Below, piece by piece: positions 10,145-18,756 of a stretch of 49,627 bases of DNA. This stretch comes from a bacterium. Lineage in GTDB: Bacteria; Sysuimicrobiota; Sysuimicrobiia; Sysuimicrobiales; Humicultoraceae. The notes below the pieces were generated by a model. The model had not been told where the DNA came from, made no database searches, and saw only the letters and a list, made by a program, of their open reading frames with translations. The stretch is taken from NCBI GenBank assembly GCA_041497675.1, contig JBGQGY010000011.1, positions 1-49,627 of the forward strand. The letters run 5' to 3'. Each line of letters opens with the position of its first letter. Within the stretch, counting starts at the first letter, position 1. Made by a program: the position numbers and the translations under genes.

Positions 10145-10441
10145 ATGCAGACGGGTCAGCAGATGCCTTTGCCGTTTATTGCCACGCTCGTGGTGTTCTT
10201 TTTTGTCTGGTACTTTCTACTGATCCGGCCTCAGCGCAGCCAGGCGAAGAAGCGGCAGGAGATGCTCAACACATTGAAGCGCGGCGACCGCGTGGTGACG
10301 ATGGGCGGGATCCATGCCACCGTGGCCGACCTCAAGGAAGACGTGCTCGTGCTCGACCTGGCGCCCAACATACGGGTCAAAGCCGATCGCGGGTCGATTA
10401 GCTACGTCCGCGCGAAGGGCGAGGGCAAGGCCGAAGAGTGA
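10145..10441 (+). CDS. yajC: Preprotein translocase subunit YajC
   Basis: TM helix then YFLLIRPQ, LKRGDRVVTMGGIHATV; AGGAGG RBS; follows tgt. Confidence 0.93.
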   Translation: MQTGQQMPLPFIATLVVFFFVWYFLLIRPQRSQAKKRQEMLNTLKRGDRVVTMGGIHATVADLKEDVLVLDLAPNIRVKADRGSISYVRAKGEGKAEE

Positions 10442-11124
10442 CCGGCGTTCCCGTTCAACCCATCGTTCCGACCCTGGAGGACGTCAAGAGGGATCCCGAG
10501 GTCCAGGCCTTCATTACGAAGGCCAACGAGTACACCGGCGTGATCGGCTACACGGAACATGGCGCGCGCCACGCGAACCTGACGTCGAACATCGCGGGCA
10601 ACGTGCTGCGGAGGTTGGGCCACGACGAACGCGAGGCGCATCTGGCGGGAATCGCGGCCTACCTGCACGATATCGGTAACCTGGTGAGCCGGGCCAATCA
10701 CGAGCACACCGGCGCGGTGCTGGCCGATGGGATCCTCGTCCGGCTCGGCATGGTGGCCGACGAGCGCGCTGTGGTCATGGGCGCCATCGGGAACCACGAG
10801 GAGAGCCACGGTGAGCCGGTGAGCGCGGTCGGTGCGGCGGTGATCCTGGCCGACAAATCCGACGTGCATCGCAGCCGCGTCCGCAATCCCGACCCCGGGA
10901 CGTTTGACATCCACGACCGCGTGAACTACGCCGTTGAACACTCGTTCCTCCGCGTCGAGGAGAAGAGCAAGACGATCACTCTCGAGCTGACGATCGATAC
11001 GGCGATCTCGCAGGTGATGGAGTACTTTGAGATCTTCCTGGGACGGATGCTCATGTGCCGGCGGGCCGCCACTTTCCTCGGCTGCGACTTCAAGCTCCAG
11101 ATCAACGGCACCAAGCTCCTCTAG
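10438..11124 (+). CDS. HD-domain metal-dependent phosphohydrolase
   Basis: YTEHGARH, YLHDIGN, GNHEE, LADKSD; GTGA overlap with yajC. Confidence 0.88.
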   Translation: MTGVPVQPIVPTLEDVKRDPEVQAFITKANEYTGVIGYTEHGARHANLTSNIAGNVLRRLGHDEREAHLAGIAAYLHDIGNLVSRANHEHTGAVLADGILVRLGMVADERAVVMGAIGNHEESHGEPVSAVGAAVILADKSDVHRSRVRNPDPGTFDIHDRVNYAVEHSFLRVEEKSKTITLELTIDTAISQVMEYFEIFLGRMLMCRRAATFLGCDFKLQINGTKLL

Positions 11125-11178
11125 GCGCTGTGCGGGCATAGACGACCTTCGACGGGCGTTGGTGGTCGAGGTGGCTCT

Positions 11179-11889
11179 ATGCGTACCCTCATCGTGATGC
11201 CGCTGTTCAATGAGCGCCCGACCGTGGCGCGCGTGCTGGGCGAAGTGCGCCGCGCGGCCCCCGACGCGGATATGCTGGTGGTGGACGATGGCTCGACCGA
11301 CGGGTCATCCGAGATCATCAAGCGGGAGGCGGGCGTTATCGTGATCAGTCATCGTGAGAATCAAGGCTACGGACAGTCGCTCATCGATGGCTTCTCATAT
11401 GCGATCGAGAACAGTTATGAGGCGGTCGTCACCATCGACTGCGACGAGCAACACGAGCCGCGGCAGATCCCAGATTTTCTCGACGCGCTGCGGGACGCCG
11501 ACATCGTGTCGGGCAGCCGCTACCTCGATCCGAGCTCCGGCGGGGATCCTGCGCCGCCCGATCGCCGGCGTGTGAACGAAGAGATCAGCGCTACGGTGCG
11601 TGCGATCACGGGGTACCCGATCACCGATGCGTTCTGCGGTTTCAAGGCCTATCGTGGCGACGCGCTGCGCCTGATGCGGCTGACCGAGCCGTCGTATGGC
11701 ATGCCGCTCCAGGTCTGGGTGCAGGCGGCGCACTATCGCCTGCGGATCAAGGAACTGCCGACCGCGAGGATCTACAAGAACCCCGAGCGCCGGTTCTGGG
11801 GTGGTCTGGACGACGCCGAGGTCCGAAAGCGGTACTACGAAGGCGTTTTGGAGCGGGAGGTGCGGCAGTGGCTCGTGTCCTCGCCATAG
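11179..11889 (+). CDS. Glycosyltransferase family 2 (DPM1-like)
   Basis: MPLFNE, VVDDGSTDGS, NQGYG, DxD (IDCDEQH), GSRY, FCGFKAY. Confidence 0.9.
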   Translation: MRTLIVMPLFNERPTVARVLGEVRRAAPDADMLVVDDGSTDGSSEIIKREAGVIVISHRENQGYGQSLIDGFSYAIENSYEAVVTIDCDEQHEPRQIPDFLDALRDADIVSGSRYLDPSSGGDPAPPDRRRVNEEISATVRAITGYPITDAFCGFKAYRGDALRLMRLTEPSYGMPLQVWVQAAHYRLRIKELPTARIYKNPERRFWGGLDDAEVRKRYYEGVLEREVRQWLVSSP

Positions 11890-12551
11890 GCCCCCATCCC
11901 GACGATCTCGAGATCGCCATGGGCGGCACGATCGCGTTGCTCCTGTCGCAGGGGCACGAGGTCGTCATGTGCGATCTGACCAACGGCGAGCCGACGCCCA
12001 TGGGGACGCCGGAGCGGCGGGCCCGCGAAGCCGCGGAGGCCGCCCGCATCTTGAACGTGTCGCGGCGGATCACGCTCGATCTCCCGAACCGCTCGCTGGA
12101 GCCGACGCTGGAGGCCCGGCGCACAGTGGCCGAGGTCATCCGTGAGGTGCGGCCCGAGATCCTCTTCATTCCCTATTGGGTGGACGCGCACCCCGATCAC
12201 GTGGCGGCGGCCGCGTTGGGCGAGGCGGCGCGCTTCTGGGCCAAACTCACCAAGACCGACATGCGGGGCGAGCCGCACTACCCTCGACGCGTCTATCATT
12301 TCTTTAGCGATCACTACAACCTCCACATCGACCCGGCGTTCATCGTCGACATCTCGGCGCACTACGAGACCAAGATGGCCGCGATTCGCGCCTATGCCTC
12401 GCAGTTCAACGATGCGCGCGGGAACGCGTGGATCCTCGATGAGATCCGCGATTTCTGCCGCTACTTCGGTCGCCTGATCTCCCGCGAGTACGGAGAGCCC
12501 TTTGCCTGCCGCGAGGAAATTGGCATCGCGCGCTGGGATGGATTGATCTGA
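11868..12551 (+). CDS. bshB1: PIG-L/LmbE family deacetylase, BshB1-like
   Basis: GPHPDDLE, DLTNGE..GTPERRAREA, HPDH, KMAAIRAYASQF, YGEPF. Confidence 0.8.
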   Translation: MARVLAIGPHPDDLEIAMGGTIALLLSQGHEVVMCDLTNGEPTPMGTPERRAREAAEAARILNVSRRITLDLPNRSLEPTLEARRTVAEVIREVRPEILFIPYWVDAHPDHVAAAALGEAARFWAKLTKTDMRGEPHYPRRVYHFFSDHYNLHIDPAFIVDISAHYETKMAAIRAYASQFNDARGNAWILDEIRDFCRYFGRLISREYGEPFACREEIGIARWDGLI

Positions 12552-14149
12552 TGGGTCCGGCCCGCGGCGCGATCGAATGGCCCGAGTTCGAACTGGAGAT
12601 CCCGACCGCGTCGCCGTCGGCGGTCGAAGCCCCACCGTACGCGTCGTGGCTTGATCTGGCGCGGCGCAATCAGGCGGCGCTCGATGCGGCGGACGTGCAG
12701 ATCGGCGGTGTGCGTCTGGTCGATCTGCGGCGGCGCGCCCGCGCAGAAGCCCTGACGCTCGCGGCCGCCTACACCCGCGCGCTGGGCGTCGAGGTGGCGC
12801 CGGGACGCAGTGATCTCCTCCTGTGTACCGGTCACCAGCCGGTGCTGGTCCATCCCGGCATCTGGATCAAGTACCTGGCGATGGCGCGTCTGGTGCCGGC
12901 CGGGGGCGTCGGGCTAAACCTCATCGTCGACAGCGACGCGCTCGAAGAGGTGGCGGCGGATGTGCCGCGGAGCAACGGCCGGCTGAGCCGTGCCCGTGTA
13001 CCCCTGGCCGCCACCGGGACCGACGTGCCGGCCGAGGCGGTACCGGCGCCGTCGCACGAGCAGTGGGGCGCGTTTATCGCCGCAATCGACGCGCATCTCG
13101 CGACGTTGAGCGAGCCAGCGGTCACCGAGGCCTGGGGGCGGGCACGAACCCTGCTCGCGCCGCCGGCGCACCTGGGGCTGCCGGGCGCCCTGACCGCGGT
13201 CCGTCGCGCGCTCGAAGGCCCCAGACCGTATTTGGATCTGCCGGTGTCACACCTGGTGCGCAGCGGGGCCTTCCGCCAGTTCGCGCTGGCGATCTTGACC
13301 GACGCCCGGCGATTCGCCGAGGTATACAATGCCTGTCTCGCGTCCTACCGCGAACACTACGGCATCCGGACGAGCGCGCAGCCGTTCCCCGATCTGGCCG
13401 TCGACGGCGCGCGGATCGAAACGCCCTTCTGGTACGTTGCCGGCGGCCGGCGGGTGCCGCTGTCGGTTGACGTGAAGGCGGGCCGGCTGCTCGCCGACGG
13501 TGATGCGGTCGCCGCACTGCCGGCCGGTCCCAACGACCCGACGTTCGCCGCGGCGGCCATCCGGCCCCGGGCGCTCACGCTGACCGCCTACGCTCGCCTT
13601 GCGCTCGCCGATCTCTTTGTCCACGGCATCGGCGGCGGTCGCTACGACCGTGCGACCGACGCCATCGTGCGGGTGTTCTTCGGCATCGAGCCGCCCGCAT
13701 ACGCCACCGTGACCGCGACGCTCTTCCTCCCGTTCTCGGGTGGCGGCCGCGCCGATGAGGAACGCCGCCGCCTGCAGCGCCTGCTGCTCGACCTGCAGCA
13801 CAATCCCGATCGGTTCTTGCCCGCCGATGGGCCACACCACGAGCTCGTGAAGGAAAAGTGGGCGTTGATCCGGCGTCTGGACGAGGCCTCGAGCATGACC
13901 CGACGCGAGCGGCGGCAGGCCACCCAGCGGATTCGCGAGATCAATCTGATCCTGCAGGTGGCGGTGGTCGGTCAGGTCGCAGACGTGCAAGAAGCGATGC
14001 GGGCGATCGACGCGCGGCACCAGGACGCTGAGGCCACGGACTATCGTGGATATCCATTTCTCCTCTTTCCGGCCACGGCCGTCGATGGATTGGTCGATCT
14101 GCTGGCCGGCCGGCCTGTTGCGGTGCACCCGGATCGCGTGCGGGGGTGA
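12551..14149 (+). CDS. Uncharacterised protein, possibly divergent BshC-like ligase
   Basis: TGATG-coupled to deacetylase; TGHQP...HPGIWIK and DLFVHGIGGGRYD motifs; C-terminal coiled-coil-like region. Confidence 0.7.
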   Translation: MGPARGAIEWPEFELEIPTASPSAVEAPPYASWLDLARRNQAALDAADVQIGGVRLVDLRRRARAEALTLAAAYTRALGVEVAPGRSDLLLCTGHQPVLVHPGIWIKYLAMARLVPAGGVGLNLIVDSDALEEVAADVPRSNGRLSRARVPLAATGTDVPAEAVPAPSHEQWGAFIAAIDAHLATLSEPAVTEAWGRARTLLAPPAHLGLPGALTAVRRALEGPRPYLDLPVSHLVRSGAFRQFALAILTDARRFAEVYNACLASYREHYGIRTSAQPFPDLAVDGARIETPFWYVAGGRRVPLSVDVKAGRLLADGDAVAALPAGPNDPTFAAAAIRPRALTLTAYARLALADLFVHGIGGGRYDRATDAIVRVFFGIEPPAYATVTATLFLPFSGGGRADEERRRLQRLLLDLQHNPDRFLPADGPHHELVKEKWALIRRLDEASSMTRRERRQATQRIREINLILQVAVVGQVADVQEAMRAIDARHQDAEATDYRGYPFLLFPATAVDGLVDLLAGRPVAVHPDRVRG

Positions 14150-14209
14150 GCCCCGCGCGGGGCCGGGAGGAGTTGCCCGGAGCGCGTGGAAACGATACTC
14201 CCGTCGAGT

Positions 14210-15145
14210 ATGAAGAACGTCCGCCTGCGCGCTCTTGCCGCCCGGCTTGTTCCCTCGCTCGTTGTCGTCGTGCTCGTCGCCACCGGTTGCCAGCCAACCG
14301 TGCAGGTGCGGGGCGATGTCACGAGCCCGGGGGCCGGGTTTGTCCAGGCGCCGCCGCCGACCGCGTTGGTGCCGACGAACCCGCGCCCATCGGCGGTGCG
14401 GGGTCGTATGGTCTTCGAGCGCATCTGTTTCGCCTGCCACGGCAACGAGGGCATGGGGGACGGCCCCGCGGCGGCCGTCCTCACCGCACCGCACAAGGAT
14501 CCCATGGTCGACTTCTTCGCGATGCTGGGCATGCACCTGACCGGCGAGAAGTTGCCCAGCCGGCCGGCCAACTTCCACAACGTGATCGCCATGCGGCTGA
14601 ACGCGCCGTTTGCGCTGTTTGAAACGATCAAGCTGGGACGGCCGCACACCGCGATGCCCGCCTTTGGGGACAAGCCGGCCTACGGTGCGAACCGCGGCAG
14701 CCCGTCGCTGAAGGACAACGAGATCTGGGACGCCCTGTTCTACGCGTGGAGCTTCTCGACGACGCCGCAGACCATCGCGCTCGCGAAAGACATTTACAGC
14801 ACGCGGGCCATCGACCTCGACGAGCGGGCCGCCAAGGCGTACGGCCGTAAGTCTGCGACCTGCGCCGACTGCCACGGGACCGAGGGCAATGGGCGCGGCG
14901 GGGCGCTGTCCGCGCAGATGGGGGCCAGGGTGTGGGGGTGGGCGCAGGGGGTGGGGCCCGGGGTCTTCACCGATCACAACCTGCTGGCCCAACGCAAGCC
15001 GGCCGAACTCTTTCAACGTATCGCCGACGGGCACGGGTTGATGCCGCCGTACCGGAGCAAACTCAAGGAAGACGAGATCTGGGCGTTGGTCGACCTCGTG
15101 CGGGCGTTCATGTACGATTGGGCGCCTGCCAGGGGCCAGCGATGA
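14210..15145 (+). CDS. Dihaem c-type cytochrome lipoprotein
   Basis: Lipobox-like VATGC; two CxxCH (CFACH, CADCH), each followed by a distal Met motif (AMPAF, LMPPY). Confidence 0.9.
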   Translation: MKNVRLRALAARLVPSLVVVVLVATGCQPTVQVRGDVTSPGAGFVQAPPPTALVPTNPRPSAVRGRMVFERICFACHGNEGMGDGPAAAVLTAPHKDPMVDFFAMLGMHLTGEKLPSRPANFHNVIAMRLNAPFALFETIKLGRPHTAMPAFGDKPAYGANRGSPSLKDNEIWDALFYAWSFSTTPQTIALAKDIYSTRAIDLDERAAKAYGRKSATCADCHGTEGNGRGGALSAQMGARVWGWAQGVGPGVFTDHNLLAQRKPAELFQRIADGHGLMPPYRSKLKEDEIWALVDLVRAFMYDWAPARGQR

Positions 15146-15205
15146 TGTCCTGGGCCGGACTTCCCCTGTGGTGGCGGGCTGTGTATTCTGGACTGGGGAT
15201 GATGC

Positions 15206-15874
15206 ATGTCGAAGGATAACAAGACCGTCGATCGACGGCGGTTTCTCAAGATCGCAGCCGGTCTCCCGATCACGGCCGGGCTTGTGGCATTTGGATCGCC
15301 GCTGCTGCGGTTCCTCAAGCCCAACGTCGATCCATTCGCCCTGATCACGCCGACCGCGCGCGATGCGCCGACCGGCGAGCCCGTCGTAGCGGCCACGATG
15401 GCAGAACTCAAGAATCCCTGGGATTTCAAGTATTTCGTCTACACACAGAAGTACCCGCAGTACACGCCCGATGGCTTCAAGACCGCCGCCGTGCCCGGCG
15501 TGGTTATCCGACTGCCGAACAAGATCACGATGCCGTGGGACTGGGTGAAGAAGTCGTTCAACGAGACCCCAAAGGTAATCGAGACGGACATCATTGCGTT
15601 CTCGCGGATCTGCCCGCACCTGGGGTGCATCTACAACTTCGTCCGAGACTGGAAGGAAGTCACCGCCGGATACGGCGGCTACGTCCCGCCCCAGCCACGG
15701 CAGCACGCGCTCATGGCGTGCCCGTGCCACCTGAGCATCTATGACCCCGCGGACCCGGCGATGCCCGGTCGTGTGGTGTCCGGACCGGCCCCGCGACCCC
15801 CGCGGACGTTCTTTTACACCGTCGAAGGGGACCGCATCCTGGCGAAGTTCGTCGAACCCGGCGGGATTGCCTGA
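15206..15874 (+). CDS. Rieske [2Fe-2S] subunit of cytochrome bc complex, Tat signal
   Basis: DRRRFLK twin-arginine motif plus TM anchor; CPHLGC and CPCH boxes; GPAPRP. Confidence 0.93.
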   Translation: MSKDNKTVDRRRFLKIAAGLPITAGLVAFGSPLLRFLKPNVDPFALITPTARDAPTGEPVVAATMAELKNPWDFKYFVYTQKYPQYTPDGFKTAAVPGVVIRLPNKITMPWDWVKKSFNETPKVIETDIIAFSRICPHLGCIYNFVRDWKEVTAGYGGYVPPQPRQHALMACPCHLSIYDPADPAMPGRVVSGPAPRPPRTFFYTVEGDRILAKFVEPGGIA

Positions 15875-17034
15875 TGGCCGATCCGATGGGCGCCCTGCGC
15901 GAGTGGTACCGCGACCGGCGCGGGCGTCTCGACTTGTTCGACGAGACGATGGTGACGAAGCAGGACAACCCGTTCTTCTTACTCGGGCCAATGCTGTACT
16001 ACTTCTGGCTCGTGACCGTCGTCACCGGGGTCGTGCTGATGTTCTGGTACGAGCCGACGCCGATCGGCGCCTACAGTTCTATCCTTCATATCCAGCACGA
16101 GGTGCCGCTGGGCTGGTTGACCCGGGGCATGCACAAGTACGCGGCCGATGGCCTGATTATCTGTATTATCTTGCGCATCTACCGTCAGTACTTCCTCGGC
16201 GAATACAAGAAGCCGGGGGAACTGACCTGGATATGGTCGTTTCTCGGGCTGGTGCTCGCGATGATCTCGGGGATCACCGGCTACCTGCTGATCTGGAACC
16301 AGCGAGCATTCTGGGCCGCCAAGACGGTGCTGACGGTGCCGGTGTACTTCGACGAACTCACCGCCAAAATTCCGGTCATCGGCGAGCAGTTTCAGGTTGG
16401 GTCGATGATTGCCTATCTCTTCCTGGGCGGGCCGGCGGTCGGCGCGGCGACGCTCACGCGGTTCTACGCCCTGCACTTCGGCATCTCGCTCGTGCTGCTG
16501 ATCGTGATGGAACTGTTCGTCTATCGGACGCGGCGCGTGCGGCTGAACATGTCGCTGGTGCCCGTGGTCGTGTTTACGGCGATGCTGGTCTTGATCAGCT
16601 GGGCGCTCCCCGCCGAGCTCGGTCGCCGGGCCGACCCGAACCGCACGCCACTGCCGATCCTCTCGGACTGGTACTTCCTGGGTCTCTACCAGTACGTCAA
16701 GTACACACCGCCGTTGTGGGCAGGGTTGGGCCCCGGACTGCTCATCGGGTTTGGCATGATGGCGCCGTTCCTCGACCGGAGCAAGGGGCGCCGGCCGCTC
16801 GAGCGCCCGTTCTTCTTCGTCGCGGGGCTGCTGTCGCTGACGTACTGGATCGCGTTTACGATCCTGATCCTCTTCAACATCGCCGTCATCGAGCGTGAGC
16901 CGCCCATGGTGTTGTTGACGACGGCCATCGTGCTGGGTTTGGCGTTTATTTGGGAGATTAGCTACCGCCGGCGGCAGGCGCGGGCTCCGGCGTTGCCACC
17001 ACCGCCGAAGGCCGCAGCCCACGCGCACAGCTGA
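15874..17034 (+). CDS. Cytochrome b paralogue 1 (only bL-haem histidines retained)
   Basis: RGMHKYAAD (H87), TRFYALH (H201), GYLLIWNQRAFWA, SDWY in the PEWY position; multiple TM helices. Confidence 0.9.
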   Translation: MADPMGALREWYRDRRGRLDLFDETMVTKQDNPFFLLGPMLYYFWLVTVVTGVVLMFWYEPTPIGAYSSILHIQHEVPLGWLTRGMHKYAADGLIICIILRIYRQYFLGEYKKPGELTWIWSFLGLVLAMISGITGYLLIWNQRAFWAAKTVLTVPVYFDELTAKIPVIGEQFQVGSMIAYLFLGGPAVGAATLTRFYALHFGISLVLLIVMELFVYRTRRVRLNMSLVPVVVFTAMLVLISWALPAELGRRADPNRTPLPILSDWYFLGLYQYVKYTPPLWAGLGPGLLIGFGMMAPFLDRSKGRRPLERPFFFVAGLLSLTYWIAFTILILFNIAVIEREPPMVLLTTAIVLGLAFIWEISYRRRQARAPALPPPPKAAAHAHS

Positions 17035-17035
17035 G

Positions 17036-17317
17036 ATGCGAACACTGGCGTCGTGGGGCGCGTTTATCGTGGCGGTGGCGGCGTTTTCGCGGTTGTGGCA
17101 AGGTGTGCGTGCCGCGCTGGATGGCGACCATCTGTACGGGCCGCTGGAAGCGCTGGGGTGGATGGCGCTGTTCCTCAGCGCCATGGGGTACCTCGCCTTC
17201 GTGATCTATGCCGCCGACCGCGCATCCGGGCGAGCGACGCGCAGGATCCGTTTCTTTGACCGGGTGCTTGACCGCGCGCATCAGACGGCGCCGCGTAGAG
17301 CGGCGGGCGGCCTATGA
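17036..17317 (+). CDS. Small membrane protein (2 predicted TM)
   Basis: Starts 1 nt after cyt b stop; two hydrophobic segments; ATGA-coupled to next gene. Confidence 0.7.
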   Translation: MRTLASWGAFIVAVAAFSRLWQGVRAALDGDHLYGPLEALGWMALFLSAMGYLAFVIYAADRASGRATRRIRFFDRVLDRAHQTAPRRAAGGL

Positions 17318-17583
17318 ACGGTGGGAACAGTCATCAGTACATGATCGGCATCTTCGCATTGTCGCTGCTGGGCGTGACCTGCGCCGGGTTGATCCTGTTT
17401 GGCGAGCGGTTTGGGAGCACCGAGCACCGCGACCTGTGGCAGTTGGGTGGCGCTGCGCTTGGGGCGATCCTCGTCATCTACGGTCTGATCCTGCTGCTCC
17501 TGCGTAAGTTGGCCATGATCGAGCCGCGCCGGGCCGAGGCCGAGGACGACCTACGCGGGCGCTGGACCAAACCCGTGCCATGA
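17314..17583 (+). CDS. Small membrane protein (2 predicted TM)
   Basis: ATGA overlap; two hydrophobic segments (YMIGIFALSLLGVTCAGLILF; LGAILVIYGLILLLL). Confidence 0.72.
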   Translation: MNGGNSHQYMIGIFALSLLGVTCAGLILFGERFGSTEHRDLWQLGGAALGAILVIYGLILLLLRKLAMIEPRRAEAEDDLRGRWTKPVP

Positions 17584-17598
17584 GGCAGGAGGGCTGGC

Positions 17599-18756
17599 GT
17601 GTACCGTAGAGTCTTGACCTCGCTGTTGCGGGCGACCATCCGGCTCGACGTCGCCATCAACCGCGTCTATCCTACCGACCTCAACCCGCTGTACTATACC
17701 GGCGGGCTCGCCAACCTGTTCCTGTTTGTGCTCGTGGTGTCCGGCATCTTCATCTTCTTCTATTACGTGCCCAGCCTGGCCGGCGCGCACGAGTCGATCC
17801 GTTACCTCACGGAGCAGGTGCCGTACGGCGGGCTGATCCGTGGCATCCACCGGTACGCGGCCGACGCGTTCATCATCGCCGCGCTGCTGCACCTGTTCCG
17901 CAACTGGTTTACCGACCGCTACCTGTTCTCGCGCGATTCGCCCTGGATCTCCGGGATGTTCCTGCTCTTCTTCGGCGGCGTCGTCGGCGTCACCGGATAC
18001 ATCCTCGTCTGGGATGTTCGCGGGCTGACGATCCTGGGGATCTTCAATGACCTGCTCAAGTCGATCCCGTTGATGGGGCAGTTCCTGGCCGACCTGCTCA
18101 CGGGTGGGCAGGGGCTCAGCGAGGGGACGCTGCCGAGGATCCTGCTCCTCCACGTCGGACCCGCGTCGCTGCTGTACTTCCTGTTGTGGTGGCACTACGT
18201 GCGGTTGCGGCATCCGAAGGTGTGGCCGCCGGCCACCTGGGTCATGGTGTGTCTTGGGTTGGTGACGCTGGCGTCGGCCCTGCTCCCGGCTGTCAGCAGC
18301 ACGCCGGCCGAGCCCGGCGTCCGGCCCGCGGCGATCCCGCTGGACGTCTTCTTCCTGCTGCCATTTTGGCTCGCCGGGTATGTGCCGGCGCTGGCGGTGG
18401 TGCTGCTGGTCGCGGCGTTGATTGCCGTCGGCTACGTCATCCCGTACATCGCGCGCGAGACGCCGCAAGAGATGGGTCCGCGTCACGCGGGCATCGCGCA
18501 GGTCATCGACGGCAACTGCACGGGGTGCGAGCTCTGTTACTACGATTGTCCGTACAACGCGATTGTGATGGTTGCCTCCCCATACCCCGGGCTCAGCCGG
18601 GCGGCGGCGAGCCGGAAGCTGTTGGCCGTCGTGCTCGATTCACGGTGCGTCGAGTGCGGTATCTGCATCGGCGCCTGCCCCTTTGAGGCGCTCGAGCTTC
18701 CCGGGATGTTGGAGAGCGAGATCACCCAGCGCGCGGCCGCGGCGGTGCAGGCATGA
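17599..18756 (+). CDS. Cytochrome b paralogue 2 fused to C-terminal 2[4Fe-4S] ferredoxin domain
   Basis: H84/H98 and H185/H199 pairs 14 residues apart; CTGCELCYYDCP and CVECGICIGACP; AGGAGG RBS before GTG. Confidence 0.9.
   Translation: MYRRVLTSLLRATIRLDVAINRVYPTDLNPLYYTGGLANLFLFVLVVSGIFIFFYYVPSLAGAHESIRYLTEQVPYGGLIRGIHRYAADAFIIAALLHLFRNWFTDRYLFSRDSPWISGMFLLFFGGVVGVTGYILVWDVRGLTILGIFNDLLKSIPLMGQFLADLLTGGQGLSEGTLPRILLLHVGPASLLYFLLWWHYVRLRHPKVWPPATWVMVCLGLVTLASALLPAVSSTPAEPGVRPAAIPLDVFFLLPFWLAGYVPALAVVLLVAALIAVGYVIPYIARETPQEMGPRHAGIAQVIDGNCTGCELCYYDCPYNAIVMVASPYPGLSRAAASRKLLAVVLDSRCVECGICIGACPFEALELPGMLESEITQRAAAAVQA

Noticed and set aside
15142..15219. 25-aa ORF (MMSWAGLPLWWRAVYSGLGMMHVEG) ATGA-coupled to cyt c and overlapping the Rieske start
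   Set aside because: No clear RBS or full TM helix; could be chance, though worth a tBLASTn check
13247..15991. 914-aa minus-strand ORF, and similar long antisense ORFs (e.g. 3381-5903, 45782-47671)
   Set aside because: Shadow ORFs opposite well-supported + strand genes; expected at high GC; no recognisable motifs
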